In this document: in pieces, positions 54,904 to 63,668 of the stretch
Layout: each line of letters starts with the position of its first letter
Numbering within the stretch: the stretch's first letter is position 1
Source: an uncultured Thermodesulfobacteriota bacterium
Lineage (GTDB): Bacteria > Desulfobacterota > Deferrisomatia > Deferrisomatales > Deferrisomataceae
Assembly (NCBI GenBank): GCA_964491375.1
Contig: CAZBGL010000068.1
Coordinates: 4,282 to 68,281 of the forward strand
Direction: 5' to 3'
DNA length: 64,000 bases
Position numbers and translations under genes: made by a program
Notes under the pieces: model-generated
What the model saw: the letters and a program-made list of their open reading frames with translations, nothing else
What the model was told of the DNA's origin: nothing
The model's database searches: none

Positions 54904-55655
54904 GCCGGCCTCTCGCGCGGCCGGACGAGACGGTGGACGGGGCCCTGGGCGGCACGGTCCGGGTGATCCAGCCGGCGCGGGGCTACCGGTTCAGCGTGGA
55001 CGCCGTGTTCCTGGCACGGTTCGCCGCGGAGGAGCCCTGCGGCCGGGCCCTGGATCTGGGTTGCGGGTGCGGGGTGGTGGCCCTGTGCCTGCTGGCCCTG
55101 GGAGGGGCACGGTGCGTGGTCGGCCTGGACATCCAGCCCGAGATGGTGGACCGGGCCCGGCGCTCGGCCGTTTTGAACGGATGGGAAGCACGCGCCCGCT
55201 TCCTGGAGGGGGACCTCCGGGAGGCCGGCAGGGCGGTTCTCGCGGGGGAGCGCTTCCCCCTGGTGGTGGCCAACCCCCCGTTCCAGCCGGCCGGCCGGGG
55301 CCGGGTGAGCCCCGACGCCGCTGTGGCCCTCGCCCGTCACGAGGTCGCGTGTACCCTGGAGGACGTGGTGGCCGCGGCCCGCCGGATGCTGGCGCGCGGG
55401 GGGGCCTTGTGCGTGGTGTACCCGGCCCCCCGGCTGCCCCAACTGCTGGCCTCGTGTCGCCAGCACGGGCTGGCCCCGGAGGTGCTGTGGCCCGTGCACC
55501 CCCGCGCGGGAGACCCCGCCTCCCGGTTCCTCTTGCGGGCCCGGCAGGGGGGAAAGGGGGACCTGGAGATCCGCTTCCCGCTCATCGTGCACGAGCCGGG
55601 CCGGCGGTATTCCCGGCAGGCCGAGCGTCTTCTGGGGCCTCCTCCCGGCTCCTGA
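54900..55655 (+). CDS. SAM-dependent methyltransferase, tRNA (adenine-N6) TrmN6/YfiC-like
   Basis: GTG 54900 overlaps the DUF1015 stop. Motif I LDLGCGCGVV and motif IV VVANPPF. Confidence 0.75.
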   Translation: MSRPLARPDETVDGALGGTVRVIQPARGYRFSVDAVFLARFAAEEPCGRALDLGCGCGVVALCLLALGGARCVVGLDIQPEMVDRARRSAVLNGWEARARFLEGDLREAGRAVLAGERFPLVVANPPFQPAGRGRVSPDAAVALARHEVACTLEDVVAAARRMLARGGALCVVYPAPRLPQLLASCRQHGLAPEVLWPVHPRAGDPASRFLLRARQGGKGDLEIRFPLIVHEPGRRYSRQAERLLGPPPGS

Positions 55656-56142
55656 GGTACTGCTCGGCCCGCGTTCGGGCCCGCTCCACGGCGGCCCGTA
55701 GCTCCGGGTCCCGGATGCCCCGGATCTCCTGCCGGATCCGCTCACGGGTCTCCGGCGGGACGGGGCGCTCCAGCCAGGGGGGTGCGGGTCCCCCCGTGCC
55801 CGCCCGGCCAGCGGAGGAAGGTTCGTCCGGCTGGGGAGCGGCCCGGAGCCGCACCGAGCGCACGAGCCGCTCGCCCAAGGCCGCGTTGACGCGGTCGGCG
55901 ATCTCGGCCCGGAGGAACGCGAGCTGGTGCATCCAGGCGGACGAGGTCACGCCCAGCACGAGGGTGCCCCTGCGGAAGGCCAGGGGGCGGGCCCTCCGGG
56001 CGATCTCGGCCCCCACGGCCTCCTCCCAGACCTCCCACACCCGGTGGCCCGCGTCCGGGAAGGCGGCCTCCACCCGGCGCAGCAGGGGGGCGAGCACCCG
56101 TCCCAGGGCCTCGGGACGGCTCTTCTTCCTGCGGGCTGTCAT
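55582..56142 (-). CDS. DUF721 (DciA-like) protein with C-terminal extension
   Basis: ATG 56142 (MTARRKKSRPEALGRVL). The pattern WEEAVGAEIARRARPLAFRRGTLVLGVTSSAWMHQLAFLRAEI is typical of DUF721. The 3' end overlaps the convergent methyltransferase by 74 nt. Confidence 0.7.
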   Translation of the reverse strand: MTARRKKSRPEALGRVLAPLLRRVEAAFPDAGHRVWEVWEEAVGAEIARRARPLAFRRGTLVLGVTSSAWMHQLAFLRAEIADRVNAALGERLVRSVRLRAAPQPDEPSSAGRAGTGGPAPPWLERPVPPETRERIRQEIRGIRDPELRAAVERARTRAEQYLRSREEAPEDARPAGNTAGPARAR

Positions 56143-56438
56143 GCGGGGCACCTCCTGGGGGCCGGGATCGGGGGCAGGGTGCGGCCTCACGGAGGCATTG
56201 TCCCGGCGCCCTGGGCTGGGGTCAAGCGGGGTGCCGCAACGGGCGCGAAGATGGTATGGTTACGGGCCTCCTGGGGCCGTGCCCGCACCCACCCGAGACC
56301 GGGTCGCCAAGCGTAGGGACCTCGACCCGGCGCGCCGCAGAGCCGGGAGGGCGGTGCCACGAACGGGCGTGCTTGGCGGCCCAGCAGGTGGCGGAAAGGG
56401 GCCTGAAGGCCATGGGCCAGGGACCCGGGGGGCATTCG

Positions 56439-56663
56439 ATGTACAGGCTTCTCCGGGGGCTTGCGGACCGGGTGACGGTGCCGGAGGCGTTGTGGCCCCT
56501 GGCCCGGGACGTGGGCCGGCCCCTTCGGCACCGGCTCGACCTCGACATCGTGGGGCTGGGGGTGGACCTCTCCTGCTGTGCGCCGGGGGAACTGCCCCGG
56601 GTTCCCCTGGCGTGCACCGCTCTGGGGCAGGCCGTGGTCAAGCCCGGCCCCACAAGGGAGTAG
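56439..56663 (+). CDS. Hypothetical small Cys-containing protein
   Basis: The C-terminal part of track ORF 56256..56663 has a strong coding-type G/C third-position bias. It reads MYRLLRGLADRV...LDIVGLGVDLSCCAPGELPRVPLAC and stops 8 nt before the DUF3343 start. The start codon is uncertain (56256, 56412 or 56439). Confidence 0.35.
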   Translation: MYRLLRGLADRVTVPEALWPLARDVGRPLRHRLDLDIVGLGVDLSCCAPGELPRVPLACTALGQAVVKPGPTRE

Positions 56664-56670
56664 CCCGTTC

Positions 56671-56940
56671 GTGGACCGGGACGGAGTGCTCATCTTCCAC
56701 AGCATCCACAAGGTGATGCGGGCCGAGAAGGTCCTCCGGGCCGCAGGGCTGGACGTGCGGCTCATGCCCGTGCCCCGCCAGCTCTCGTCCGATTGCGGCC
56801 TGTCCATTGTGTTCCGGTCCGCCGAACGGGAGGCCGTGGAGGCCGCCCTCCGCTCGGCCGGATGCCCTTACGAGGAACTGTACCTGTGGGCAGACGGCAC
56901 GTACCGCCGGGGGGGTAACCGGGACGACCCCTCCTGCTAG
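56671..56940 (+). CDS. DUF3343-family protein (putative S/Se carrier-associated)
   Basis: GTG 56671. The pattern LIFHSIHKVMRAEKVLRAAGLDVRLMPVPRQLSSDCGLSIVF matches DUF3343. 89 aa. Confidence 0.7.
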   Translation: MDRDGVLIFHSIHKVMRAEKVLRAAGLDVRLMPVPRQLSSDCGLSIVFRSAEREAVEAALRSAGCPYEELYLWADGTYRRGGNRDDPSC

Positions 56941-57071
56941 CGTATCCGGGGCTAGTGGGCGCAACCGGACGTCCCGATGCTGAGGCGTACCCAAAACCTT
57001 CGCATCTAACAACGTGGAGCCCCGAGCGGCCAGGAACGGGCGAAGCGCAAGGGCGCGGAGGAGAGACCCCG

Positions 57072-57404
57072 ATGGACACCTACTACAACCCCGAAGATCT
57101 GGCCCGGTTCCCGGAGGTGGGCCGGGACGCCCCGGAGATCACGCAGAAGTTCTTCGAGTACTACCAGGCCGTGTTCGCCGAGGGCGAGCTCACCGAACGC
57201 GAAAAGGCGCTGATCGCCCTGGCCGTGGCCCACGCCGTGCAGTGCCCCTACTGCATCGACGCCTACACCCGCACCTGCCTGGAAAAGGGGGCCACCCCCG
57301 GCGAGATGACCGAGGCGGTCCACGTGGCCGTGGCGATCCGGGGCGGGGCCTCCCTGGTGCACGCCGTGCAGATGGACAACGTGGCCCGCAAGATCTCGCT
57401 GTGA
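57072..57404 (+). CDS. AhpD/carboxymuconolactone decarboxylase-like protein (ArsS-associated peroxidase-like)
   Basis: ATG 57072 follows GGAGGAG. 110 aa. Motif EREKALIALAVAHAVQCPYCIDAY (CxxC). Lies directly upstream of the ArsS-type gene. Confidence 0.8.
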   Translation: MDTYYNPEDLARFPEVGRDAPEITQKFFEYYQAVFAEGELTEREKALIALAVAHAVQCPYCIDAYTRTCLEKGATPGEMTEAVHVAVAIRGGASLVHAVQMDNVARKISL

Positions 57405-57412
57405 GCGCCCCT

Positions 57413-58390
57413 ATGGAGGCACCGGCGTCCGCCGCCGCTGCGGAACCCTTTGCCGAGACCCTGGCCCGGCACGGCCTGGCGCTGGAGAGGGCCGACACGG
57501 TGACCCTCCAGATCAACACCGGCCGCGTCTGCAACCAGGCCTGCCGGCACTGCCACCTGGAGGCCGGGCCCGACCGGGCCGAGGCCATGCCCCCCGACGT
57601 CATGGAGGCCGTGGTCGCCTTTGCCCGGAAAGGCCGGTTCGACGTGATCGACGTGACCGGCGGCGCACCCGAGCTCGTGCCCGGAATCGAGGACCTCCTC
57701 CGGGCGCTCCGGCCGCTGGCCTCCCGTCTCCTGTTCCGCTCCAACCTCACGGCCCTGGCGGAGCGGGGGGATGCCTTCCTCGCGCTGCTCCGGGATCTGG
57801 GTGCGGTCGTCGTGGCCTCGTTTCCGTCCCTCAGCCGCTCCCAGGCGGAGGCCCAGCGGGGCAGCGGGGTGTGGGAGCCCAGCCTGGAGACGCTACGGCG
57901 GCTCAACGCCGCGGGATACGGGGTGGAGGGCTCCGGGCTCGAGCTGGACCTGGTGGCCAACCCGGCGGGGGCGTTCCTGCCTCCGGACCAGTGCCAGGCC
58001 GAGAAGCGCTTCCGCAGGGAGCTCGCCCGGCGCTGGGGGGTGCGGTTCAACCGGCTGTACGTGCTGGCCAACGTGCCCCTGGGGCGCTTCCGCCGGTGGC
58101 TCGAGGCGTCGGGGAACCTCGCCGCGTACATGGAGCGCCTGGCGGGGGCGTTCAACCCGGCCACCGTGCCGGGCCTGATGTGCCGCACCCAGGTCTCGGT
58201 GGCGTGGGACGGCACGCTCCACGACTGCGACTTCCACCTGGCCGCCGGCATCCCCCTGGGAGGACGGCCCCTCAACGTGCGGGACGCGGAACGTCCCCCC
58301 GAGCCGGGCACCCCCATTCCCACGGCCGACCACTGCTACGCCTGCACCGCCGGCGCGGGGTTCACGTGAGGCGGGGCGATCGCGGCCTAG
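57413..58390 (+). CDS. arsS: ArsS-type radical SAM / Cys-rich domain protein, probable selenoprotein (UGA at 58367-58369 read as Sec)
   Basis: ATG 57413. Radical SAM motif CNQACRHC and the Cys-rich C-terminal domain (CRTQVSVAWDGTLHDCDFH, HCYACTAGAGFT). The track ORF stops at TGA 58367. The frame continues GGAIAA to TAG 58388-58390, and a hairpin-forming sequence follows the TGA. Confidence 0.75.
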
Positions 58391-58410
58391 GCGGGCCGGA
58401 GCCCCTCACG

Positions 58411-59262
58411 GTGTCCGCCCCTCCCCTCGGGGCCCACGTGTCCGTGGCCGGAGGCCCCCTGGCCGCCTGGGAACGGACGGTGCGGCTCGGAGCCGAGGTG
58501 GCCCAGGTGTTCCCCGGAAGCCCCCGCTCGTGGGAGAGCCCCTGGCCCGGAAACGGGGCGCTCAGGGAGGCCGGCGAGGCCTTCCGGAGGTCGGGCATTC
58601 CGGTGTTCGTCCACGCCATCTACCTGGTGAACCCCGCCTCGGGCGACCCCGAGGTCCGCCGGAGGTCCGTGACCGCCCTGGCCCGGAGCCTGGAGTACGC
58701 GAGCCGCCTGGGTGCCCGGGGGCTCGTGGTCCACCTCGGCCACGCGCGGGACGCGGCCCGGAACGTGGCCCTCCGCAGGGTGCGGAATACACTGGACCGG
58801 GCGCGGGACCGCGCCGGGGGGGCCGTACCCTATCTGCTGGAAACCGGATCGGGGGGCAAGGGGTCGGTGGGCTCCCGCCTCGACGACCTGGTGGCGCTGG
58901 TACACCGGCTGGGACCGGACACGCGGATCTGCGCGGACACGGCCCACCTGTTCGCAGCCGGCGTGCCGGTGCACACCCCCCAGGGGCTCGACGCCTGGCT
59001 GGGGGCCCTCCGGGACCGGGCCGGACCGGACGCCGTGGGGCTTGTGCACCTCAACGACTCGCTGACCCCGTTCGGCTCGGGGCGGGACCGGCACGAGAAC
59101 CTGGGCCAGGGCGAGATCGGGGGCCGGGCGCTGGCCCGGTGGGTGCGGCACCCGGCCCTGCGCCGGGTGCCGTTCGTGATCGAGACCCCCGGCTTCGATC
59201 GCCAGGGTCCCGACCGGAAGAACCTGGCCCGGGCGAGGCGATACCGCCGGGGCGGGCGCTGA
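58411..59262 (+). CDS. nfo: Deoxyribonuclease IV (endonuclease IV)
   Basis: GTG 58411 (VSAPPLGAHVSVAGG). Motifs VHAIYLVN, VVHLGH, LETGSG, CADTAHLF, VHLNDS and DRHENLGQGEIG. Confidence 0.88.
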   Translation: MSAPPLGAHVSVAGGPLAAWERTVRLGAEVAQVFPGSPRSWESPWPGNGALREAGEAFRRSGIPVFVHAIYLVNPASGDPEVRRRSVTALARSLEYASRLGARGLVVHLGHARDAARNVALRRVRNTLDRARDRAGGAVPYLLETGSGGKGSVGSRLDDLVALVHRLGPDTRICADTAHLFAAGVPVHTPQGLDAWLGALRDRAGPDAVGLVHLNDSLTPFGSGRDRHENLGQGEIGGRALARWVRHPALRRVPFVIETPGFDRQGPDRKNLARARRYRRGGR

Positions 59263-59549
59263 GCCGGGATCGAGCGGGTGCGGGACGGTCCCGTGCCGGT
59301 GGGCGGGAGGGGACGAACGTCGTCGTTGCCGGGGCTTCCATTCGGCTTGCACCGACCTGAAACCGGACCGGGCCTCCATGGTGTATCCGGGAACCGGGGT
59401 GTTTCCGGTGGTGCCGGGCGTGGGGGCCGTGCCGCTTCCTGCCGTGGCGCGCCTGCGGGTGGGCTGGGCGCTGAGCGCCCGGGAACCTTTCCGTGCCCGG
59501 CGGACGGGCTGCCGGATTGCGGGACCGTTTTCCCTGCCCGGGGCGAGAC

Positions 59550-60773
59550 TCACCAGGCCAGGTGCCACGGCACGGCGCGGATGCCCGGCCGCAGGGTGCA
59601 GGGGCGCTCTATGTTGCAGGCGACCACGCCCCTGGCCGAATCGCCGGCAAGGCCCAGCCACCGCGACAAGCGGTCGGCATGGCTCGGGACCGGCGTGGCC
59701 GTGGCTTTGACCTCCACGGCGTAGAGATGCCCGCCCCGTTCGATGATGAGATCCACCTCCAGGCCGCTCCCGGACCGCCAATAATAGAGGGCGGGGCGCT
59801 CCCCCATGTGCCGGAAGGCCTTGATCCACTCCGACACAACGGCCGTCTCCACCAGGGGACCCGCAAAGGCGCTTTGCAGGGCCGCCTCGGGTGTGTGGAG
59901 CCCCATGAGGTAGGTGGCGAGCCCGGGGTCGAGCATGTAGAGCTTCGGGCTCTTTCGGATGCGCCTTCCAAAGGATCGGTGGAACGGCTGCAAAAGGCAT
60001 ACGATGCCGCTGGCCTCGAGCACTGAAAGCCAGCGCCTGGCCGTGGGTCCTGTGATTCCGGCCTCGGCGCCGAGTTCTGCCAGGTTCACGATCGTTCCGG
60101 TGCGGGCGGCTACCAGGGTGAGGAACCGGGTGAAGGCACCGAGATCCCCCACGTGGGCAAAATCCCGCACGTCACGCAAATAGGTCTGTACATAGCTCCC
60201 GAACCACAGCGATCGGTCCACGCGGGGATTCAGGCGGGGTTCGGGATACCCGCCCCGGAGAAGCCAGTCCGCGAGGTCGATCGGGGCACCGGCCCCGGCA
60301 GGGGATGCGTCTCCAAACACCTTGTGGAGCAGCGCGTCCACGGAGTCAGGGTCCGGCCCCCCGGCGGTTTCCGCCGCGGAGAGGGGGAGGAGTTGGAGAA
60401 CGGCCACGCGGCCCGCGAGCGTCTGGCTGACCCCCTTCATCAGGCCGAAGGTCTGGGAGCCGGTGAGGAGCCAGCGGCCCGGGCTGCGGTCTTGGTCGAT
60501 CTGGTCTTTGATGTAGGCGAGCAGTTCGGGAACGTACTGGATCTCGTCCAGGATGAGGGGTGGGGGATGTTCACGGAGAAATGCGACAGGGTATTCCGCC
60601 GCTCGCAGGCGAACGTGGGGGGGCTCCAGCGAGACGTAGCGGTGGGAGTCCTGGAACTCGTTCCGGAGAAGGGTCGTCTTCCCGGTCTGCCGGGCTCCGG
60701 TGACCAGTATCGCCGGAAATGTTGCTGCCGCCCGGTGGAGAACGTTCGCAAGGTGTCTGCGGAGATACGTCAT
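59550..60773 (-). CDS. AAA+ ATPase (AAA_14 / DUF4143 type)
   Basis: 407 aa. Walker A GARQTGKTT and Walker B LILDEIQ. The C-terminal region resembles a DUF4143 wHTH/nuclease-like domain. Confidence 0.8.
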   Translation of the reverse strand: MTYLRRHLANVLHRAAATFPAILVTGARQTGKTTLLRNEFQDSHRYVSLEPPHVRLRAAEYPVAFLREHPPPLILDEIQYVPELLAYIKDQIDQDRSPGRWLLTGSQTFGLMKGVSQTLAGRVAVLQLLPLSAAETAGGPDPDSVDALLHKVFGDASPAGAGAPIDLADWLLRGGYPEPRLNPRVDRSLWFGSYVQTYLRDVRDFAHVGDLGAFTRFLTLVAARTGTIVNLAELGAEAGITGPTARRWLSVLEASGIVCLLQPFHRSFGRRIRKSPKLYMLDPGLATYLMGLHTPEAALQSAFAGPLVETAVVSEWIKAFRHMGERPALYYWRSGSGLEVDLIIERGGHLYAVEVKATATPVPSHADRLSRWLGLAGDSARGVVACNIERPCTLRPGIRAVPWHLAW

Positions 60774-60790
60774 GAGGAGAGAACAAATTG

Positions 60791-60821
60791 TGCAAATCGA
60801 AAATGCAATTTTTGATTTGCA
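60791..60821. repeat. AT-rich 31-bp near-perfect palindrome upstream of the AAA+ ATPase gene
   Basis: TGCAAATCGAAAA-TGCAA-TTTTTGATTTGCA. The 13-bp arms have one mismatch. Three TTGCA-type half-sites are present. Lies 18-48 nt upstream of the ATPase start codon. Confidence 0.6.
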
Positions 60822-60941
60822 AACGATTTCGCTGCCTGCCCCTCTCCCCCTTGAGGGGGAGGGGGAACGAGTCGCCTCGGGGGCCGGACGGTTGTGGCCG
60901 GCCGTTCCCCCGGGGGAAGGGGGAACGGATGGGCCGGAGGG

Positions 60942-61661
60942 TCAGCCCCCGGGGGGGCGCGGGGAAGGGGCGGCGTTCTCCGTGCCGGGGGGAGGCGCCG
61001 GCCGCAGCCCTCCGGTGTGGGCCCCCCGCTCCCACGCCCTCCACGCCCCGGTGGAAAGGCCGGTGTCCACGTCCACGCGCCGGGCCGCCCGGTCCAGCCG
61101 GACGCGCACACCGGGCCGCAGGTGCACCGCGGTCTGGCCCCGCACGGACACGTGCCGTGCCTCGGCCGTGCCCGAAAGGGCCAGGGCCGAGGTGCTGGAT
61201 GCGTCCGCAGCCAGCAGCACGCGGCCGTCGGGTTCCGGCGCGAGTTCCATGCCCGGGGCGAGGATCACCAGGGGAGCTGCTGTGAGGCGCCACACCAGCA
61301 CCTCGCCCTCCAGGACCCGGAGCGTGCGGGTGACCGGATGGCGCCCCTCGTAGGCGAACGGCACGCGCACGGTGCTGCCGGGAAACAGGCGGACCACGGC
61401 CTCGGGCAGCCGGATCTCCACCCGGCCGGCCGATCCGGTGCGGACCGTGTCATCGGGTTCGAGGAGCAGGGGGCCTTCGAGGGGCCGGTCCTTGCGGGAA
61501 TGGCGCGGCCGCAGCCAGGCCTCGCCCTCCACCCGGCCGATCTGGGGGTGGAGCACGGCGCGGGGTTGGCGGACCGGAACCCAGTCCGCCGGCACGCACC
61601 CGGCGGCCACGAGCCACAGCACCAGACCCGCCGCCCGGACCGCGTTCCGTCGCCCGCCCAC
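60942..61661 (-). CDS. FecR-domain lipoprotein-like protein
   Basis: GTG 61661 (VGGRRNAVRAAGLVLWLVAAGC, lipobox-like). The track ORF extends to ATG 61727, which would overlap mogA. FecR-like pattern LEPDDTVRTGSAGRVEIRLPEAVVRLFPGSTVRV. Confidence 0.55.
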   Translation of the reverse strand: MGGRRNAVRAAGLVLWLVAAGCVPADWVPVRQPRAVLHPQIGRVEGEAWLRPRHSRKDRPLEGPLLLEPDDTVRTGSAGRVEIRLPEAVVRLFPGSTVRVPFAYEGRHPVTRTLRVLEGEVLVWRLTAAPLVILAPGMELAPEPDGRVLLAADASSTSALALSGTAEARHVSVRGQTAVHLRPGVRVRLDRAARRVDVDTGLSTGAWRAWERGAHTGGLRPAPPPGTENAAPSPRPPGG

Positions 61662-61671
61662 GTCCGCCGCC

Positions 61672-62178
61672 TCACCCGTTGGGCTGGCCGCACTCGGAGG
61701 GGTCGCCGTGGATCTTCTCCAGGGCATGGGGAAGCGCCGGGAGCAGGACCTCCAGGTTCTCGCGCGCTGCGCGGGGGCTCCCGGGCAGGTTCACGATGAG
61801 GGTGCGGCCCCGGATCCCCACCACGGCCCGGGAGATCATCGCATGGGGGGTCTTCTGGAGGCTGGCCCAGCGCATGGCCTCGGCCATGCCGGGCACCTCG
61901 CGGTCGATCACGTCCCGGGTGGCCTCGGGGGCCACGTCCCGGGGCGCCACGCCGGTGCCCCCCGTGGTGAGCACCAGGTCCAGTCCCTCGGCGTCGGCCC
62001 ACCGGATCAGGGTCCGGGCGATCCGGTCCCGCTCGTCCGGGATCACCTCGTACCGCTCCACCCGGTACGGTCCTCCGGCCAGGCTCTCCCGGAGCGCGGG
62101 CCCGGAGAGGTCCTCCCGTTCCCCCCGGGCGCTGCGGTCCGAAAGGGTCAGGATCCCCACGCGCCACGTCCGGTTCAC
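61672..62178 (-). CDS. mogA: Molybdopterin adenylyltransferase MogA/MoaB-like
   Basis: GTG 62178 overlaps the MOSC gene stop. Motifs VGILTLSDR, LVLTTGGTGVAPRDVAPEAT and LIVNLPGSP. Confidence 0.88.
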   Translation of the reverse strand: MNRTWRVGILTLSDRSARGEREDLSGPALRESLAGGPYRVERYEVIPDERDRIARTLIRWADAEGLDLVLTTGGTGVAPRDVAPEATRDVIDREVPGMAEAMRWASLQKTPHAMISRAVVGIRGRTLIVNLPGSPRAARENLEVLLPALPHALEKIHGDPSECGQPNG

Positions 62179-62648
62179 GGCCCCTCCTCCCCGGCGCCCA
62201 GCACCTCGATGGGGTCCCCGGGCCGCACCTCCCCTTCCCGCACGACCCGGGCGAACACCCCCTCGCGGGGCATCACGCAGTCGCCGGCCTGGTAGTAGAT
62301 GGCGCACCGGGTGTGGCACTCCTTGCCGTGCTGGGTGATCTCCAGCACGGCCTCCCGGCCCACCCGCAGCCGCGTGCCCAGGGGGAGCCCCAGGAGGTCG
62401 AGCCCGCGGGTGGTCAGGTTCTCGGCGAAGTCGCCGGGGCCCACGTCCAGGCCGGCCGCGCGCATCTTCTCGATGCTCTCCTCGGCCAAGAGGCTCACCA
62501 TGCGGTGCCACGATCCCGAATGGGCGTCGCCCACGAGGCCTTCGGGCCCGATCCTCGCGGACTCCACGGGTCCCTTCCGGACGCCCTTGGTCCGGCTCAG
62601 GTTCACGGAAACCACCACGGCCACCGGTTCCTCCTTCTTTGCGCGCAC
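62175..62648 (-). CDS. MOSC-domain protein
   Basis: 157 aa. Motifs GLVGDAH, ENLTTRGLDL and LEITQHGKECHTRC fit the MOSC beta-barrel. Confidence 0.8.
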   Translation of the reverse strand: MRAKKEEPVAVVVSVNLSRTKGVRKGPVESARIGPEGLVGDAHSGSWHRMVSLLAEESIEKMRAAGLDVGPGDFAENLTTRGLDLLGLPLGTRLRVGREAVLEITQHGKECHTRCAIYYQAGDCVMPREGVFARVVREGEVRPGDPIEVLGAGEEGP

Positions 62649-62651
62649 CCT

Positions 62652-63668
62652 TCAGAGCTTCCCCCGGCGGGCCAGGATCCGCGTGGCCCCTGCGGCCACC
62701 GGGGCCGGCACGTTCCGGCTGCGGGCGATCTGCCGCAGGTCCCGGTCCTGAAGCGTTTCCAGGAGCCGCAGGGCGCGGGCCACCGGGGTCTTTGGATTCT
62801 GACACAGGGCAAGCCGGATGGGGTAGCTTTTCATCCAGTCCCGCCGCCCCAGGATCATGCGGATGATCTCCTCGGGCATGGTGCGGTCCTGGGCCAGGGC
62901 CAGCACCTCGTCCTCGCGGATCTTGGGGCTCTGCACCACGGCCCGGAGCACGGCCTTGTTCGTGTCGCGCACGAGCAGCCGCCGCGCGCTCTTGGACCCC
63001 AGCATGGCCAGCCGGATCTTCTCGGCCACGGACATGGAGCGCACCAGGGTGTACAGGTTCTGGCGCTCCGCCTCGGTGGGCTCCACCTGGTCGTCCACCA
63101 GGGCGGGGGGCAGCCCCTGGGGAAGCGCGCCGTGGGAGTCCGGGGGCTCTTCCCCGGGCTCCTCGGGGGATTCGGGTTCGGGGCGGCCGAACAGGGCCTC
63201 CAGGCGGGAGCGCTCGGCCACGGGAAGCCGGGGGTTTTCCAGCAGGCGGGCGGCCAGGGCGGGTTCTTCCAGCAGCACCCGCTGGTTGCGGGCCACCCGC
63301 TCCAACACCCCGGGGTCGTTGGACTCGACGAACCGGCCCAGGGTGGAAGGGCCCGCGGCCGGGTGCTCGAGCACCGCCAGGGCGATCCGGCGGTCCTCGC
63401 CCCGGGTGGCCGCGATCCGGTCGAGCAGTTCGGGCGAGAGGCGCCCGTCCGAGAGGGCCTGGAGCACGATCTGCCGGGGGGTCTCCGCCCAGGCCCGTTC
63501 GGCCTCGGCGCGAACCGCAGGGGAGGGGTCGGCAGACAGCCTGCGGAGCACCTCCAGGCGCTCCGCAGGCGGCAGGGGCAGCGCCCCCCGCGCCGCCGCG
63601 ATCCGCAACGGCTCGGGCGCGTCCGGCGCGATGTGCCGGGCCACCCCCTCGGGAAGGGGGACGCTCAC
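62652..63668 (-). CDS. Hypothetical helical-repeat protein (LRV/HEAT-like xNPxxP repeats)
   Basis: GTG 63668 overlaps the stop of the upstream SPOR gene. Repeats: LSADPSPAVRAEA, LEHPAAGPSTL, LLENPRLPVAERS, VVQSPKIREDEV and LCQNPKTPVARAL. An acidic linker separates the repeats. Confidence 0.6.
   Translation of the reverse strand: MSVPLPEGVARHIAPDAPEPLRIAAARGALPLPPAERLEVLRRLSADPSPAVRAEAERAWAETPRQIVLQALSDGRLSPELLDRIAATRGEDRRIALAVLEHPAAGPSTLGRFVESNDPGVLERVARNQRVLLEEPALAARLLENPRLPVAERSRLEALFGRPEPESPEEPGEEPPDSHGALPQGLPPALVDDQVEPTEAERQNLYTLVRSMSVAEKIRLAMLGSKSARRLLVRDTNKAVLRAVVQSPKIREDEVLALAQDRTMPEEIIRMILGRRDWMKSYPIRLALCQNPKTPVARALRLLETLQDRDLRQIARSRNVPAPVAAGATRILARRGKL

Noticed and set aside
59263-59549. 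290-bp convergent gap between nfo and the AAA+ ATPase as a hiding place for a small gene or RNA.
   Set aside because: It holds only short GC-rich hairpins (for example GGGCGC-TGA-GCGCCC at about 59468-59482) and spurious overlapping ORFs. Nothing has coding-like periodicity or recognisable RNA motifs.
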